From: the human T2T-CHM13v2.0 reference genome, Homo sapiens | DNA length: 64,000 nucleotides | Assembly (NCBI RefSeq): GCF_009914755.1 | Contig: NC_060934.1 | Reading direction: 5' to 3' (one strand) | Shown: positions 17,794-33,115 of the stretch, in pieces | How the letters are laid out: every line of letters starts with the position of its first letter | Numbering within the stretch: the first letter of the stretch is position 1 | Notes under the pieces: model-generated | The model's database searches: none | Told to the model about the DNA's origin: nothing | The model's input: the letters and a program-made list of their open reading frames with translations, nothing else | Translations under genes and position numbers: made by a program

Positions 17794-18486
17794 TCATCAT
17801 TTTATCCAATGCTGGAAGATGTTCTAGACAACAATGTAAATAAAGCCCAGACACCAACATTGTCTGGACTCAGTGCACAGGACCAGCCCTAGGTCTGATG
17901 ACTGCTGGAAGCCAGCTGTCCAGTGCTCCTTGAGAATCTCAAGACTGGCTTCCTAAGCACAGGTCCCCTGCCCTGCAGTAGGCATCCATCCTACCAAGGC
18001 TTGGCTGCAGGCTACGAGTAACCCACACTGACAGAGCCTGCGCCAAGACCACCATGCACCACTGATGACTACAGCCCATGTTCAAGGGCAGGAAAGAGCC
18101 TACTGGAAACTCAAGTTTCTCTAAGGCAGGGCAAACTGTTGGGGGCTCTTGGGACAAAAACAAGTACCTGTCTATCTAAATAGGAATTCATCTCTGGTTC
18201 AAAGAACAGGTTCAGGCAGCAAGGGCACAGAATGCTAGGCGATGACACAGAGGCGTGAGCCCCTGGTGGCCCTATCCCCCGTCACCATCTACGTCCACGA
18301 CATCCCCAGCCACAGCAGAGGGAGTGCCCTCTAAGTGCCACGTGTCCCACATCTGTAAGGCTGTGCCTGATTCACACTGAGGCACCATTACTATGGCCAA
18401 AACTTTATTTTAAAAAATGCACAGGTCGGGCACGGTGGCTCATGCCTATAATCCCAGCACTTTGGGAGGCCGAAGTGGGTGGATCA

Positions 18487-19018
<532 letters not shown>

Positions 19019-19283
19019 TCAAAAAAAAAAAAAAAAAAAAGTCTTGGTTTCAGTCTACTGGGAAGAGAGAAAGGGAGCAGGTGGCAGAAGTGCAGAGATG
19101 ACTAGGCCAGGCTTCCTCATTTTAATTTACTGGTAACTGCCAAAAAGTGGAGAGCCAGAAGGAGTGCAGGGAGCCATATGGCCTGGGCTCCTCGCTTTCT
19201 AGATGGGAAACCAAGTCTAACGAAGGCCAGAGATGCCACCGGGACAACACGGACCAGGCAGCAGCCGGGTAGCTCCTACTTAC

Positions 19284-19391
19284 CCTGTCGGTCATTTTAT
19301 TACTGACTCCAAGGAGCATCAGCATATTGTCACATTCCGTGACCCCCATTGCATAGAGGTCACTGAGGACATTGGCACACGCTATCCTGCC
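19284..19391 (-). CDS. SEPHS1: SEPHS1 exon 4 (108 nt)
   Basis: [36 protein letters not shown] (SelD/PurM-family SDxYAMG motif); acceptor TCCCAG|GG, donor AGG|GTAAGT. Confidence 0.98.
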
Positions 19392-19995
19392 CTGGGAAGA
19401 GAGGGAAACATGAGAAAGGACGACCGGGGACTTTCCATCTGCAGAAACTGAGTGAGCCATGGAGTGGACTCCACAGAGAACGTGGGGACTTTCCAGGAGT
19501 AGCAGCTACTAGGATGGGGTCCTCAGTTTCTATGATTTGCAGACTGGCAACCTTTCCTGCATCACAGAGTCACTAGGCCATTCGTTTTTTCTCAGACATT
19601 CCTGTTACCACCTCTTTCTTGTGCAGGACAAAGAATGTACCAGTTTTTCTCCATTCTAAATTTTAGAAGTCTGCAATTTATTTAGATAGGGGAAGGGGTA
19701 TATGTGCAGCGAATGAGGAGGAGAAGCAAGGTTAGAACCGACAGTCTTGGGGGAAGAGCTATGGAGCGAAAAAGCCTGCAAACAACTCTCCTAAAGAAAA
19801 GTTGGAAACAGCCACATATCCCAAACAGATTCTAAAAATGAAAATGGCTGGCTTTAGTGGTTATAGAGATGGAGATAGTCTTTGTGCACTTGGATTAAGA
19901 AATGTTTGCAGCTTAGGCTGGGTGTGATAGCTCACGCCTGTAATCCCAGCAATTTGAGAGGCCGAATCAGGTGGATCACTTGAGGCCAGGAGTTA

Positions 19996-20241
<246 letters not shown>

Positions 20242-21751
20242 TCAAGGATGTATGAGATAAACAGAAAAATCATCTTAAGAAACAAATAAAAAAATACCCA
20301 GGGCTGAAGTCATATTGTTTTCAAAAGAAAAAGAAGCATTTCCCAGTAAATGATGTCATTTTATTAGGAACTTTAAAATACAATTCAACAGAAATGTGGT
20401 AATGAAGATTTTTTTATTGCCACTGGAGATTTTTAAAAGTTAAGTTGCCCTTATCTAAATTTTTATCTTTTATAGACAATAAAGAGAAAATACAAATTTT
20501 CCTTCTGACATAAGGATAATCAAACTCCCAAGTGTTATCACTTCCAGTGGCTGTTTAATTGCTTGCTTTAGGCTTTCTTATACATTCCTGGAGGTCAGCA
20601 ATGCAGCTCAACAACCATCTGTGGCCACACTTTCAGTATCATCAAGCCAGTCCACAAGGCCAACAGGTGGTCTACAACTCGCACAAGCCAATCGCTAGTT
20701 AGGGGGGTGGTGATTTAGCGCCCCTTCTGTTCTGGGTGCTCTCATTTTAGGAGATGCTGGAAAACAATGGACTGTGGTTTTAGCCATCCCTGCCACCTGG
20801 TCATGTGGGACCTGGGCTGTGGCTTACCTGCCCAGTCTCAAGAGTATTGCTCCAGAGGAGAAAACGGACAGATGTGCGGAAGAAATATAGGTTTCCAATA
20901 ATCTGGTATTTGTCACTGGTACCTGAGGGTGAACACCCCCCACGTGGCTGCCTCATGATAAAGTCCCTACAGTGCAGCCTGATCCCACTGTCCTTGCCAC
21001 ACACGAAGAACACCTGGCATTTTATAGCAAACCAGATTTTCCTAGTCTCTCCACTGGCTCCTCCTGGGTGGTAGCAAATTGGGGTTAAAGGTTGGGTGGA
21101 TCAAAGGGTGGCTGGCTGCAACTACGCAGTGAACAACTGGGGAACACACCTCAGCAGTGTATCATCAGTAGCCAGGAACTTTAACTCAGTGGTCAGAAAC
21201 CTACTATGTACAGCGGCACATCACACGGTGGTGGGTGTGCAAGTGGCTGGGTTGAGTGAATTAACCAGATATCCGAATTAATGTTTGAGGCATCTAATTG
21301 TGATGAGATACTAGCTCCTTAATCTCTTGAAGGAAACATTTAGGATCAGTCCTATTACAGAGGACAGTAACATCTCCAGCCTAAAACACAGGGGTGATGG
21401 AGGTTACCAATGTCAAAGAAGAGAAGGTGCAAGAAAGAAGAAAATGACAAAAACAGGCCATTGACATGCTACTAAACAAGAGGTGTTCTTACTCACAGCA
21501 TGTACTCAGTTGCAACAGCAGCAGAGGGCCTTCCCTGCTTCCTCCCTAATTGCTTTATGCCCAGTGCCAAGTGTGGGCAGGGGACAGGCCTGACTTCAGC
21601 AACTGCAGGAGTCTGGGCAGGGTGGGGCAGTATAGTCGGGATATAACAGAAATAAAACCAAAACCCCACAGATACATACAAAACCCCAGCCACAACCCAA
21701 ACCAAACAAATAAGCCCTTCCAGTCACAAAAACACATCGGCTCACGCTTAC

Positions 21752-21855
21752 CATCATGTAAGGGTCGTCTACGATCGGGTAAATGTAATCTGTGGTTTGA
21801 ACCAAGGAAAGCCCACCGTGCCTCAAAGGAATGACACAAGTATCCATTCCAATGC
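21752..21855 (-). CDS. SEPHS1: SEPHS1 exon 3 (104 nt)
   Basis: [35 protein letters not shown]; acceptor CCACAG|GC, donor ATG|GTAAGC. Confidence 0.98.
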
Positions 21856-22653
21856 CTGTGGAGATGGAAGTCATTAGCATCCAAAAATAAAACGGGAAAG
21901 CCATTTCATTTTATATCACCAGTGCTCTGAACAGGAAGAGCTCATAAGATACTTATGGAAACTGCAGGCTGCCAATGAAGCCATGTGTTTCCTATCAAGA
22001 AGCGTAACTGAAATAAACGTGAAACATATCCAGCTTAGGATGGAAAATACCAATGAAAATGTTACTCATCAAGACTCAACTCCAATATGGCATAGTTTTA
22101 ATCCTTAATGATGCCTTGAATAAAAATCTTTTTCACTGTATGACTTTTATTATTTTACTGTATTACTGTAGCGTGTGACTGGTACCGTATACAATTTCTT
22201 TGAAGACGAGAATCCTATAAATGGAACTTGGGTTATCTTAAGTATAGTTATTGTGCGTACATCTTTACAGACATTATCGTATTGTCCCATCAGAAACCAT
22301 GTAAAATATTTTTACATTGAAAAATGCTATTATTACTTATACATTTTAGTCAAAAGTGAAAATGACACACACACAGATGAAATGAAAGGACAAATCCCAA
22401 TCTACAATTCAATGGAAATTTCCAATCAAGCCTGGATATAAACACTCTGGCATCTATGTCAGAGGAGTCCCAAGACCACCAGTAGTAGTCAAGATACGCT
22501 ACTCCTTGTCTTGGAGATAAGGCTGTACTCCTTTAAAAATTACTTGTAATGCAGGCATTTTACAAACTCAGACTAGCATTCCCACCAAGAAAGCTGAACA
22601 CAGTGAGCAGCCCTACACCCCTCAGAAGGACACTCTTCTGTCCTCTTATGAGG

Positions 22654-22998
22654 ACAGCTGTTCCTTGGTATCTGTGGGGGACTGGTTCCAGGACTCCCAC
22701 AGACACCAACATCCACAGATGCTCAAATCCCTGATTTGAAATGTCCCAATATTTGCATATAACCTACACACATCTTCTCACATACCTTAAATCATCTCTA
22801 GATCACCTATGACACCCAATACGATGTGAATGCGATGTAAATATTTGTTATGCTGTACTGTTTAGGGAATAATGACAAGACCAAAAAAAGTCTGTGCATG
22901 TTGAGATGCAACCATCCACTTCTTTCCCTGCATATTTTCAGTCTGTGGTTGGTTGAATCCCCCACGAGGATTCTGCAGATACAGAGGGGGATGCTGTA
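22654..22998. mobile_element. MER2-like (Tigger) DNA transposon relic
   Basis: cagctgttccttggtatctgtgggggactggttccaggac...atacagagggggatgctgta, with decayed terminal inverted repeats. Confidence 0.75.
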
Positions 22999-23891
22999 CT
23001 TCTACTTTGCAGCCCAATAGCCAAAAGCAGGGAAAAAGCCAGAATTAGGACAAAAGGAAGCAAATTATGTGCCTGAATCTACCCTATAAATTCAGAATTT
23101 CAAACAAGTTTAAATCATATCTGAATCGCACTAAAACGACCTTTAATATTCTGCGTAAGTGAAAGGGCCGTGAAGCACTGCCTCACTCGGTCTCATGACA
23201 GCAGCAGACCTCACAGAGGCGGGTCATGGAGGCACCAGATCTTTCCTGCTGCAAAAATGAAATCTCACTCAATAAAAAGCCATAGTCTGTGAAGACAGGC
23301 TGATTTTTATCACACTAGATAACAAAGCAGAAACTCTTGCTGGAAGACCTCGCTTAGGGAATGGAGAAGTGAAGTTCAGAATGGCAAGTTTCAACAATGT
23401 CAGGCACTGGATCAGTTTTCATCTGTCAGAGGAGAACGTGTGAGATAATTCACGTAAACAGCCCATGGGCACAACCTCTCAGAAATTTGTTTCATCACAC
23501 TCTTTAGCACCTAAATAGAAATACCACTCTTTAACTCAATGGATTCTCCCTAAATGGATAATTCTGACAACTGGTTATTCTGAGTATATTATTATTCACT
23601 TTGGAAAACAGTAAGAGGCAGTTTTCTTTCAGGCTTCCATTTAAACTGGAGGACTACTGAAAGAGAAACTAAAATTGTTGCTGAATGTTAGCTTTAAATG
23701 TTCTTAATTTGAATAATCTTAAATTTGAATTACATACATTTGATTTGTAAAGCGCTTTATTTCTAAACTTAGCAAGTCCTTTGATCAGAGTAACGGGGGA
23801 CTCTTGAGCACGCCCCTAGGGCTGAAAAGCAGCTCCGTTATCCACGGTTTCTCTTTCACACCTGTGCCACCACAGTCTACTAGAATAGGGT

Positions 23892-24181
23892 CTGGTGCTG
23901 TCCAATGTGGTTGACACTAGACACAGGGGGTGGCTGCGCATCTGACAAACAGGTGCTGTAAGTACAAAACAGACAACTGATTTTAAACACCTAGTACCAA
24001 AAACCAACATCTCATTAATAATGTCGTATATATACATACTGAAAAGACATTTTTATATATTGTGTTAAATAAAATAGATTATAATTAATTCCACCTGATT
24101 TTTGTTATCGGGTTTTTAAAAATATTACTTTGAATTTGAAAATTACGCATGTGGCTTGCATTGTATTTTTGGACAGCACTG
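23892..24181. mobile_element. MER33/MER3-like hAT-Charlie relic
   Basis: Terminal inverted repeats gtgctgtccaa ... ttggacagcac; AT-rich interior typical of the family. Confidence 0.7.
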
Positions 24182-25065
24182 GTCTACAGTGATTGGTTTA
24201 GAAATCACCAATCACATTTCAAGGAAGGAAGAGAGAAGGGGTGAGCCTGAGATGCCCATAGGCCTTGAAAAACTAGCGTTTGAAATGGAAAGACAGAGGG
24301 ACGGTCCAGAGGGATGGTAACTGGGAACAGAGGAAAATGCCACAGGGTCGGGGAAGCCTTAAATACTAGACAGAACAGTTTAGGTTTAATGACCAGGAGG
24401 CAATGGGCAAACTTGCTGGAAGGTTTTCAGCAATACTGACATCCTCCATCAGAAAGACAACCTAAGTTATCACACCACTACCCACCCCCAACCCCCGCAC
24501 CGCCCCCCGCCAGCAGCAGCAATCATTACTTGATAGCTCCTAGGCACCAGGCAACAAATGTCTCTGGTTCTAAGGCACACTTCTTTTACCATTTCTTTAA
24601 TTAGGATACATTTAGTAATCGTGTGTACATTTAAAAGCTGTTTTGGTTAACCCTTCAATTAACACCATTTTTGAAGCCAGAAAACATGACATTCAATTAG
24701 AAAAAAGTTAAAAACATAAACAGGCCGGGCGCGGGGGCTCATGCCTTTAATCCCAGCACTTTGGGAGGCCGAGGTGGGCAGATCACTTAGAGTCAGGAGT
24801 TCCAGACCAGCCTGACCAACATAGTGAAACCCTAACTCTATTAAAAATACAAAAAAATTAGCTGGGTGTGGTGGTGCACGTCTGTCATTCCAGCTACTTG
24901 GAGGGAGGCTGAGGCATGAGAATCAGGCCTGGGAGGGCCTTGAACCCGGGAGGCAGAGGTTGCAGTGAGCTGAAATTGCACCACTGTACTCAAGCCTGGG
25001 TGATGGAGTGAGACTCTATCTCAAGGAAAAAAAAAAAAAAAAAGATGGCGGGGCGCGGTGTCTCA

Positions 25066-25363
<298 letters not shown>

Positions 25364-26653
25364 TCACGCCTGTAATCCCAGCACTTTGGGAGGCTGAGGT
25401 GGGTGGATAACCTGAGCTGAGGAGCTTGAGACCAGCCTGGCCAACACCGTGAAACCCCGTCTCTACTAAAAACACAAAAAAATTTAGCTGGGTGTGGTGG
25501 CATGCGCCTGTAGTCCCAGCTACTTGGGAGGCAGAGGCAGGAGATCACTGCTTGAACCTGGGAAGCGGAGGTTGCAGTGAGCTGAGATTGTGCCACTGCA
25601 CTCCAGCCTGGGCGACACAGTGAGACTTCATCTCAACAACAACAAAAAAAAGGTCAAAAACACCCATACATATATACCATATATACTTGTGTACAGAGGG
25701 TATACACATACATGTATTATATATGTAAGTACAGACATACATGGCACACCTACACACATTTTTGGTACAACAATGCAAAACAGTAATCTTTTTTTTTTTT
25801 TTGAGGCAGGGTCTCACTCTGTCTCCCAGGCCGCAGTACAGTGGTGTGACCTCAGCTCACTGTAGCCTCTGCCTCCCGGGCTCAAGGGATCCTCCCACCT
25901 CAGCCTCCCGAGTAGCTGAAACTACAGGTGTACACCAGCAAGCCCAGGTAACTTTTGTATTTTTAGTAGAGATGGGTTTCACCATTTTGCCCAGGCTGGT
26001 CTTGAACTCCTGACCTTGAGTGATCTGCCCATCTTGACCTCCCAAAGTGCTGGGATTACAGGTGTGAGCCACCGCACCCAACCCCAAACAGTAATTATTA
26101 TTTTATAGATTAGGAAGCTGAGGCTCAGGAGGGCTGGGTGACATTCATGACATAATATGAGTGACTAGTAAGTAACTGTGCCAGAGGAAGTTATAAATAG
26201 TAATTCTTACTTTATGCCGTAATGTTTTAATTTCATTGGTTTTTGAGCATTAAGTATTAATAGCTTTTTTTCTTGACAGTTATCTAACAGCTTCCTCAGT
26301 ATATTCTCATTTCTCGACAAATAAGCCAACATCAAACCCAGCTCGCTCACATGGTATTTCTCCACAGCTTGGCCATCAGCTGGACGGCAGGAACTGTTTT
26401 CAAACTGAGCTCCTCAAAGTCCTGCAGGTCACCAGCGACTGGGGTGTAACATTTCTTCCTTTCCAACAAAAGCAAGTCTGCTTTTATCTGCTTTCTCTAT
26501 CTGGGAGTAAAGGAGACCCCAGGCTCATAACCAATGAACCTTACCAAATAATGGGCAAAAACAAATGAAATGAAAACCTTGGCTGGGTGTGGTGGCTTAC
26601 ACCTGTAATCCCAGCACTTTGGGAGGCTGAGGCAGGCAGATCACCTGAGGTCA

Positions 26654-26890
<237 letters not shown>

Positions 26891-27585
26891 TCACACAGTA
26901 ATTATCGAACATCCAAACCTCCGAAACTATGCGTCGAACACAAGAAAAGTGATCACAGTCTTGTACTGTGTACTTAATAAACTGCACAAGAAACATGAAT
27001 AAACAATATCCCAGGAGCCCAGAATTTGTTTCTAAGCTCTGTGTTTGGGAAAAGTGAAATCACTCATGACATCAGGAATGTAGTAAAGAAAAAGACATTG
27101 CCCTGGTTCCAGATGACATCCTGGGGTCAAGAACAGATCCATCCAGTCCTGGGTCTGGAGCAGTCCCACCTCCTCACCGTAACACGCTTTTCGCCCGATG
27201 CACCCTGCAGAGAACCCCAATGCCCTCCTGACACAGTCACTGCCATCCAAGTACAGCACAAGAACCCTAAGGCTGGAACCGCCTTTCCTAGGGCAATGAA
27301 GGGAATGTGAGCATTTTAGGAGTCCTTTTAGGAAAAGGGAATAAAGTATTTCTGCTTAATCTTCAGCTAACAGAAAATTCAATTCAATTAAATTGAAAAT
27401 AAAAATTAAAAAGTTTTTACTGTAATAACAATCTCAATTGCATACTCCATGATTTAAAAACTGTCAAGAGTACCCCTCTTGATGCGTTTCAAGTACTTTC
27501 TCTACATAAGTTACAAGAACATAACATAGCAATCATAACATTGATTGCTCTTCTAATCCTTCCCACAAAAATTAAAAAAAAATAA

Positions 27586-27726
27586 AGGGGGTACGATGTA
27601 CACTATTTGGGTGATGGCTACACTAAAAGCCTAGTCTTCACCATTATGTAATATATTCATGTAACAAAACTGCATGTGTATTCCTCAAATCTATAAAAGC
27701 AAAAAAAGTAATAATAAAAAATAAAT
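27586..27726 (+). mobile_element. Short L1MA-like 3' terminus
   Basis: gggtacgatgtacactatttgggtgatggctacactaaaagcc...catgtaacaaaactgca...atctata plus A-rich tail. Confidence 0.7.
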
Positions 27727-27807
27727 AGGCAACATGGGAGGCGAGAAATCCAGTTTTTGACTCACTGATTGGATCGCAGACCATCAAAGAAACACTGGGT
27801 TACCTAC

Positions 27808-28000
27808 CAAGCCTTGGCATAACGGCTCCCAGAAACTGCTCATCTTCTTGGAAGTGGTTCTCCTGTAAAGATTCCAGCAATTTTTGCAGGACATCTTGGG
27901 GCACTTTGCAGCCTGTGCCCTTCAGTTCAGTGAATCTGGTTAGCCGGAAGCTTTTGTCCAATTCGTAACTTTCCGGGTTAAAGGACTCCCGCGTAGACAT
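27808..28000 (-). CDS. SEPHS1: SEPHS1 exon 2 coding part (aa 1-65); whole exon 27808-28078
   Basis: [35 protein letters not shown]...MPRL-G. Acceptor CCCAG|GTGG at 28078, Kozak ACCATGT, donor TTG|GTAGGT. Confidence 0.98.
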
Positions 28001-28544
28001 GGTTCTTGGGCCCCGCTCTCCTCACAGCTCAGCCCCTCCCCTCCCTCTGCGGGTTGGCTGGGTTCTTTATGGATCCACCTGGGTGTCACCAAAACACAAA
28101 GATGCCATGAAAAGAATTCCCACTGGGACCTGCCAGCGAATCAAGTGAATACATGACAGCGAAAAGTCAATGTGACAAGGGCTGAAATCATCAAGACCAC
28201 TTATATTCACCACAGCAGTGCATATGACAAAATAGATCTTTTCATAACGGGACTGCGTCAGCACAGACATCTATGTAAAATCTGACATCTGGACTGTGGT
28301 TTTAACTGTGGCAAGAGGGCCAGCCTGCAGGTTCACATGACACCATGCCACCTTGAACAGCAAATCCCAAAGGTTCTTCTAGGACTCAGCATTAGAACAG
28401 CACCTCTGGGCACTTCATGTGTCAACCTGGAAGCACTGTGGTTCAGAAAGCGGCGGTCCTCGCTAAGGTGACTTTTCCGCAAAATCTTTTGATATCTTTT
28501 GCTTTATCACACAGAAGAATGAAACGCCCGATACAAACTTGTCA

Positions 28545-28977
<433 letters not shown>

Positions 28978-30129
28978 CTAAAGGGCACAACTTAAAAACT
29001 ACAGTGGCAGTTTAACACAGTAAGGTCTGTGTTCTTCAGGCGAAAGCCTGGAAAGTTCTCTGATGTTTTCACGCAGTGCTATTTCCTAGAAAGCAAAACA
29101 TCCAGCCCAACAAACTAGTACACACATCATTGACAAAATATGCTACTCCTCATTAACATTTCATTGCAGAACCGAAACAATAAATTAAGCCATACTAAAT
29201 CAGCAGCATTTCGGCCCTGTGTACCACCGTTAGGTTTCTGGAACAAGCACTCCTACGTTTTTTAGCCTTTGGGGCTAAAGGAAAAAACAACATGTGTTCC
29301 TCGAGTTTACAAACCTCCAGACTGATACTTTATTGGGACTAGAATTACAAACACCCCAAGTTTTAAGGTCGGTTTCCCCTATAAAATTTATGATTAAGAA
29401 CATAATTCCCATTTATAGAGTTTTCCATCCCTTGGGACGCACATCGCTCATATAAATCTCACGAAGCCCGAGTTTGGGCAGTAATCCAAACCGTCTTCAC
29501 AAAAACACGGTTTGGGATGAGCAATGATTTCGGTGGGAAACGTAACAACTGAGCAGGAGTCAGCCTTCGAACACGATTCCAAGAAGTCTCCCTGCCCAAA
29601 AAGAGCAGGCGCTGGCCGCAAGTGACAGGAGACGAGAATTTTGAAGCCATCTTAGAGTTATGGGAAAGTTTGAATACCACTTTGACTTGGAAGCCGTTTC
29701 AACAAAAACAACAAAGTCCTTTCCTCAAAAAACACCTCGCATTTAACACAGCCTCACCCCTACCAGGAAAAAAAAAAGAAAAAGAAAAAATCCAACTCAC
29801 GAGGCATCCAGTTATTTTCCTACCTCCTATCTATTCCTCTCCTGGCTCCCAAAAAGGTGGGGAGGGGAATTGTGTGGCTATCACTTCCTTTTAAATTACT
29901 ATCTTCTCAAGAGTTTTAAGGGTGGAAAAAAGTTTAAAACACCTTGTATCAGGAAGGCGCTCAGATTTAAAATTCCAAATGGTACTAAGGACACAAATCA
30001 GCCTCACATCCTAATGAAAAAAGTACTAGATTCTTACATTTTTGGAGGGCATGGGAAGGGGGAGGGGGTTCTGGGGGAAATGTGCAGTGATTAGGGAACC
30101 AGGGGGATCCATTTGCATTAATAAGGGAC

Positions 30130-32000
30130 GGTGCCCGGCGACCCCGCAGCCACATGTTTACGCCTTTAAAACAATGGCATGAATATTTAAAGCAACGTTT
30201 AGCCCTTTCCTTCCCGGGCACATTTCCATGGTTTGGTTTTTTTTTTCTTCCAACGAGCGTGGGGAGCCGGGGAGCCGGTCAGCGGGGTGGGCCCGGCGCG
30301 CTGCCCCGCCAACCCCGGACCTACCTCCCCGCCGGCCCCGCACAATGGGGCGCGCTCTCCAGGACGCCCGCGTCGGAGGCGGCCGGGGAGGGGAGCAAGG
30401 AACCCGGGGACACCTTCGGGCTCAGGCTCAGGCTCAGGCCCTCGCCGCCGCCTCGGAAGGCCCAGCAGGCCCGGGCTGCGGGCCGGCGGCGGGGCGGAGG
30501 CGGCAGCTCGGGGCCCCGGCCGGGCCATCCCTGTTCGGGCCGGCGGGAGGCGGCGGGAGCCGGCGGGCACCGCGCGTGCGGCCCAGGAGCCGGGGAGGAC
30601 GCCGGGACGCACCCGCCCCGGGTCGACAGGGCCCGCGCGGAGAAAAGGGGAGGCGGGGAGGCCCCGGAGGCACCCCGCGACCCCAGGCCGGCCGCTCCCG
30701 CCGCGCGCACGGGCCGCCGCCGCCGCCGCGCAAAAATGTCGGCGGGCGAAAAAATTAACCCCTGCGTGGCCGCCGCCGCCCTCCCCTCCGCTCCTCCCCG
30801 CCCTCCCTCCCTCCTTCCCCGGCCCCGCGCGGCGGCGGCGGCGGCGCGGGCGGCGCTTCTTTTTTAAAGCGGCCCCACCAAGCCCGGCGCTGCCCCTCTC
30901 CAGGCAGGGCTGGCGGGGCCGGCGGCGCGCGGCTCCCCGGCGGTCCCGGGCGGCCCGGAGGGGGATTTGCAACGGCCGCCGCGGGCCTGCGGACCCAGAT
31001 TCCCCTTTAAGCCTGCGCCTCCCCCCCGCGCCGGGCCCGCCGCTTACCGGCTCGCTTTGCGCCCTCCGCCTCCTCCCGAAAACGGGCCGCGGGCCGCTCC
31101 CACAATGCACCGGGCGCGGCCGGGCTCCCTTAAGCGTCGCCTGAATAAAAATGCCGCGCCCGGCGGCGGCGGCGGCGGCGGGGGCCCGGGCCCGCGCCTG
31201 GGCGCCGCGGGGGCTCGCCTGCCTCGGCGCGGCCCTGCGGGAGCCGGGCCGCCGCGCTCCCGCCGGCTGGGCGCGCGGGGGTCCTTTAAGGCCGGCCACC
31301 TCCCTTTAAGAGGCGGCCCTGGCTGCTGGGTGGCGGCGTGCGGCCCGGGAAGGGGGCGGGGGCGCCGTGCAGCCCCGAGCGCGGCAATGATTGGTCTCGG
31401 GGGAGGGGTGGGGGGTTGCAAACCCGAGGAGCGGTGGCATCCGTTGCATGATGCAAAAAAGGATTGATTTCAAAAGTTGCGAGTTGCATTGGCAGCCGCC
31501 CTTGGCGCCCGGGCCACCTTTTTCCCGGGCCCCGCTGCAAGGGCCGGGAACGTTTCCGCCACCTGGCCGGGCTCGACCGCGCGGCGCTCTGCGGGGCGCT
31601 GTCCCCGCTCCCCGAGTGCGCAGCGGAGCGTCCTGGAAGACAATGACCATGGGAACAATTTGCACAGGAGGCTAGGAGCCCAGGAAAAGCCGCCTGGGCG
31701 CCAGGCAGAGGTTTTTTGAAAACACAAACGGCGCGTTAGATGCTTGGGGACTCCCAGCATCTGTCCTTCCTATTGTTTAGCTCGGCTCCGGAGTTCACGG
31801 GAGCCTCGTGAAATGTGGAGACGTCCTGCAAAGTTTCTTGAACACTTCATGTGCGTGGTAGGAAGTCGAGGAAAAAGGTTTACGGTTCCCCCGCTGGTTG
31901 CATTGTTTGTCCTGCACATGTTCGAGCGAACATGGCAGCCGCAACCCTGGATGTGTTCGAATTGACATCGAGGGGGGAGCTTCACGTCGTGAAATAACTT
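30130..32000. promoter_or_regulatory. SEPHS1: CpG island / SEPHS1 promoter
   Basis: Very high GC and CpG density, (CGG)5-6 runs, GC box GGGGCGGGG at ~31352-31361, CCAAT (plus strand ATTGG ~31390). Confidence 0.95.
31048..31340 (-). other. SEPHS1: SEPHS1 exon 1 (non-coding 5' UTR); TSS approximate
   Basis: Strong donor CCG|GTAAGC (plus strand gcttac 31042-31047) inside the CpG island. No ATG in the exon. GC box and CCAAT box lie just upstream. Confidence 0.8.
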
Positions 32001-32291
32001 TTTTCTGGGCTTTCGAGATTCTAAAGCATTGCTGATGAAAATAAAGCAAATACTTTCAGATATCGTTTAGGGCTTCTCTCTAAAACAGCAGTGTGCAGGA
32101 ATGCCGATCGAACTTTTCTAGGCAGTAGGTCAGCATTTTCCAAATGTTATTTGGGAGCAGAAATGTTTTGGGTCACTGGACCGTGCTTTACGTGGCACGG
32201 CAGGTTGGCACGCTACGCAGATGCCCTTTTCGTTAACATTTCCGCTTGCCAGTTGCTCCGGGTTTTAATCCTGGGCTGGATGCAGAAGTGA

Positions 32292-33115
<824 letters not shown>

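Noticed and set aside
30154-31760. Long overlapping ORFs (237-366 aa) on both strands
   Set aside because: Pro/Arg/Gly/Ala-rich and open in many frames at once, as expected from stop-codon depletion in a CpG island; no recognisable domain
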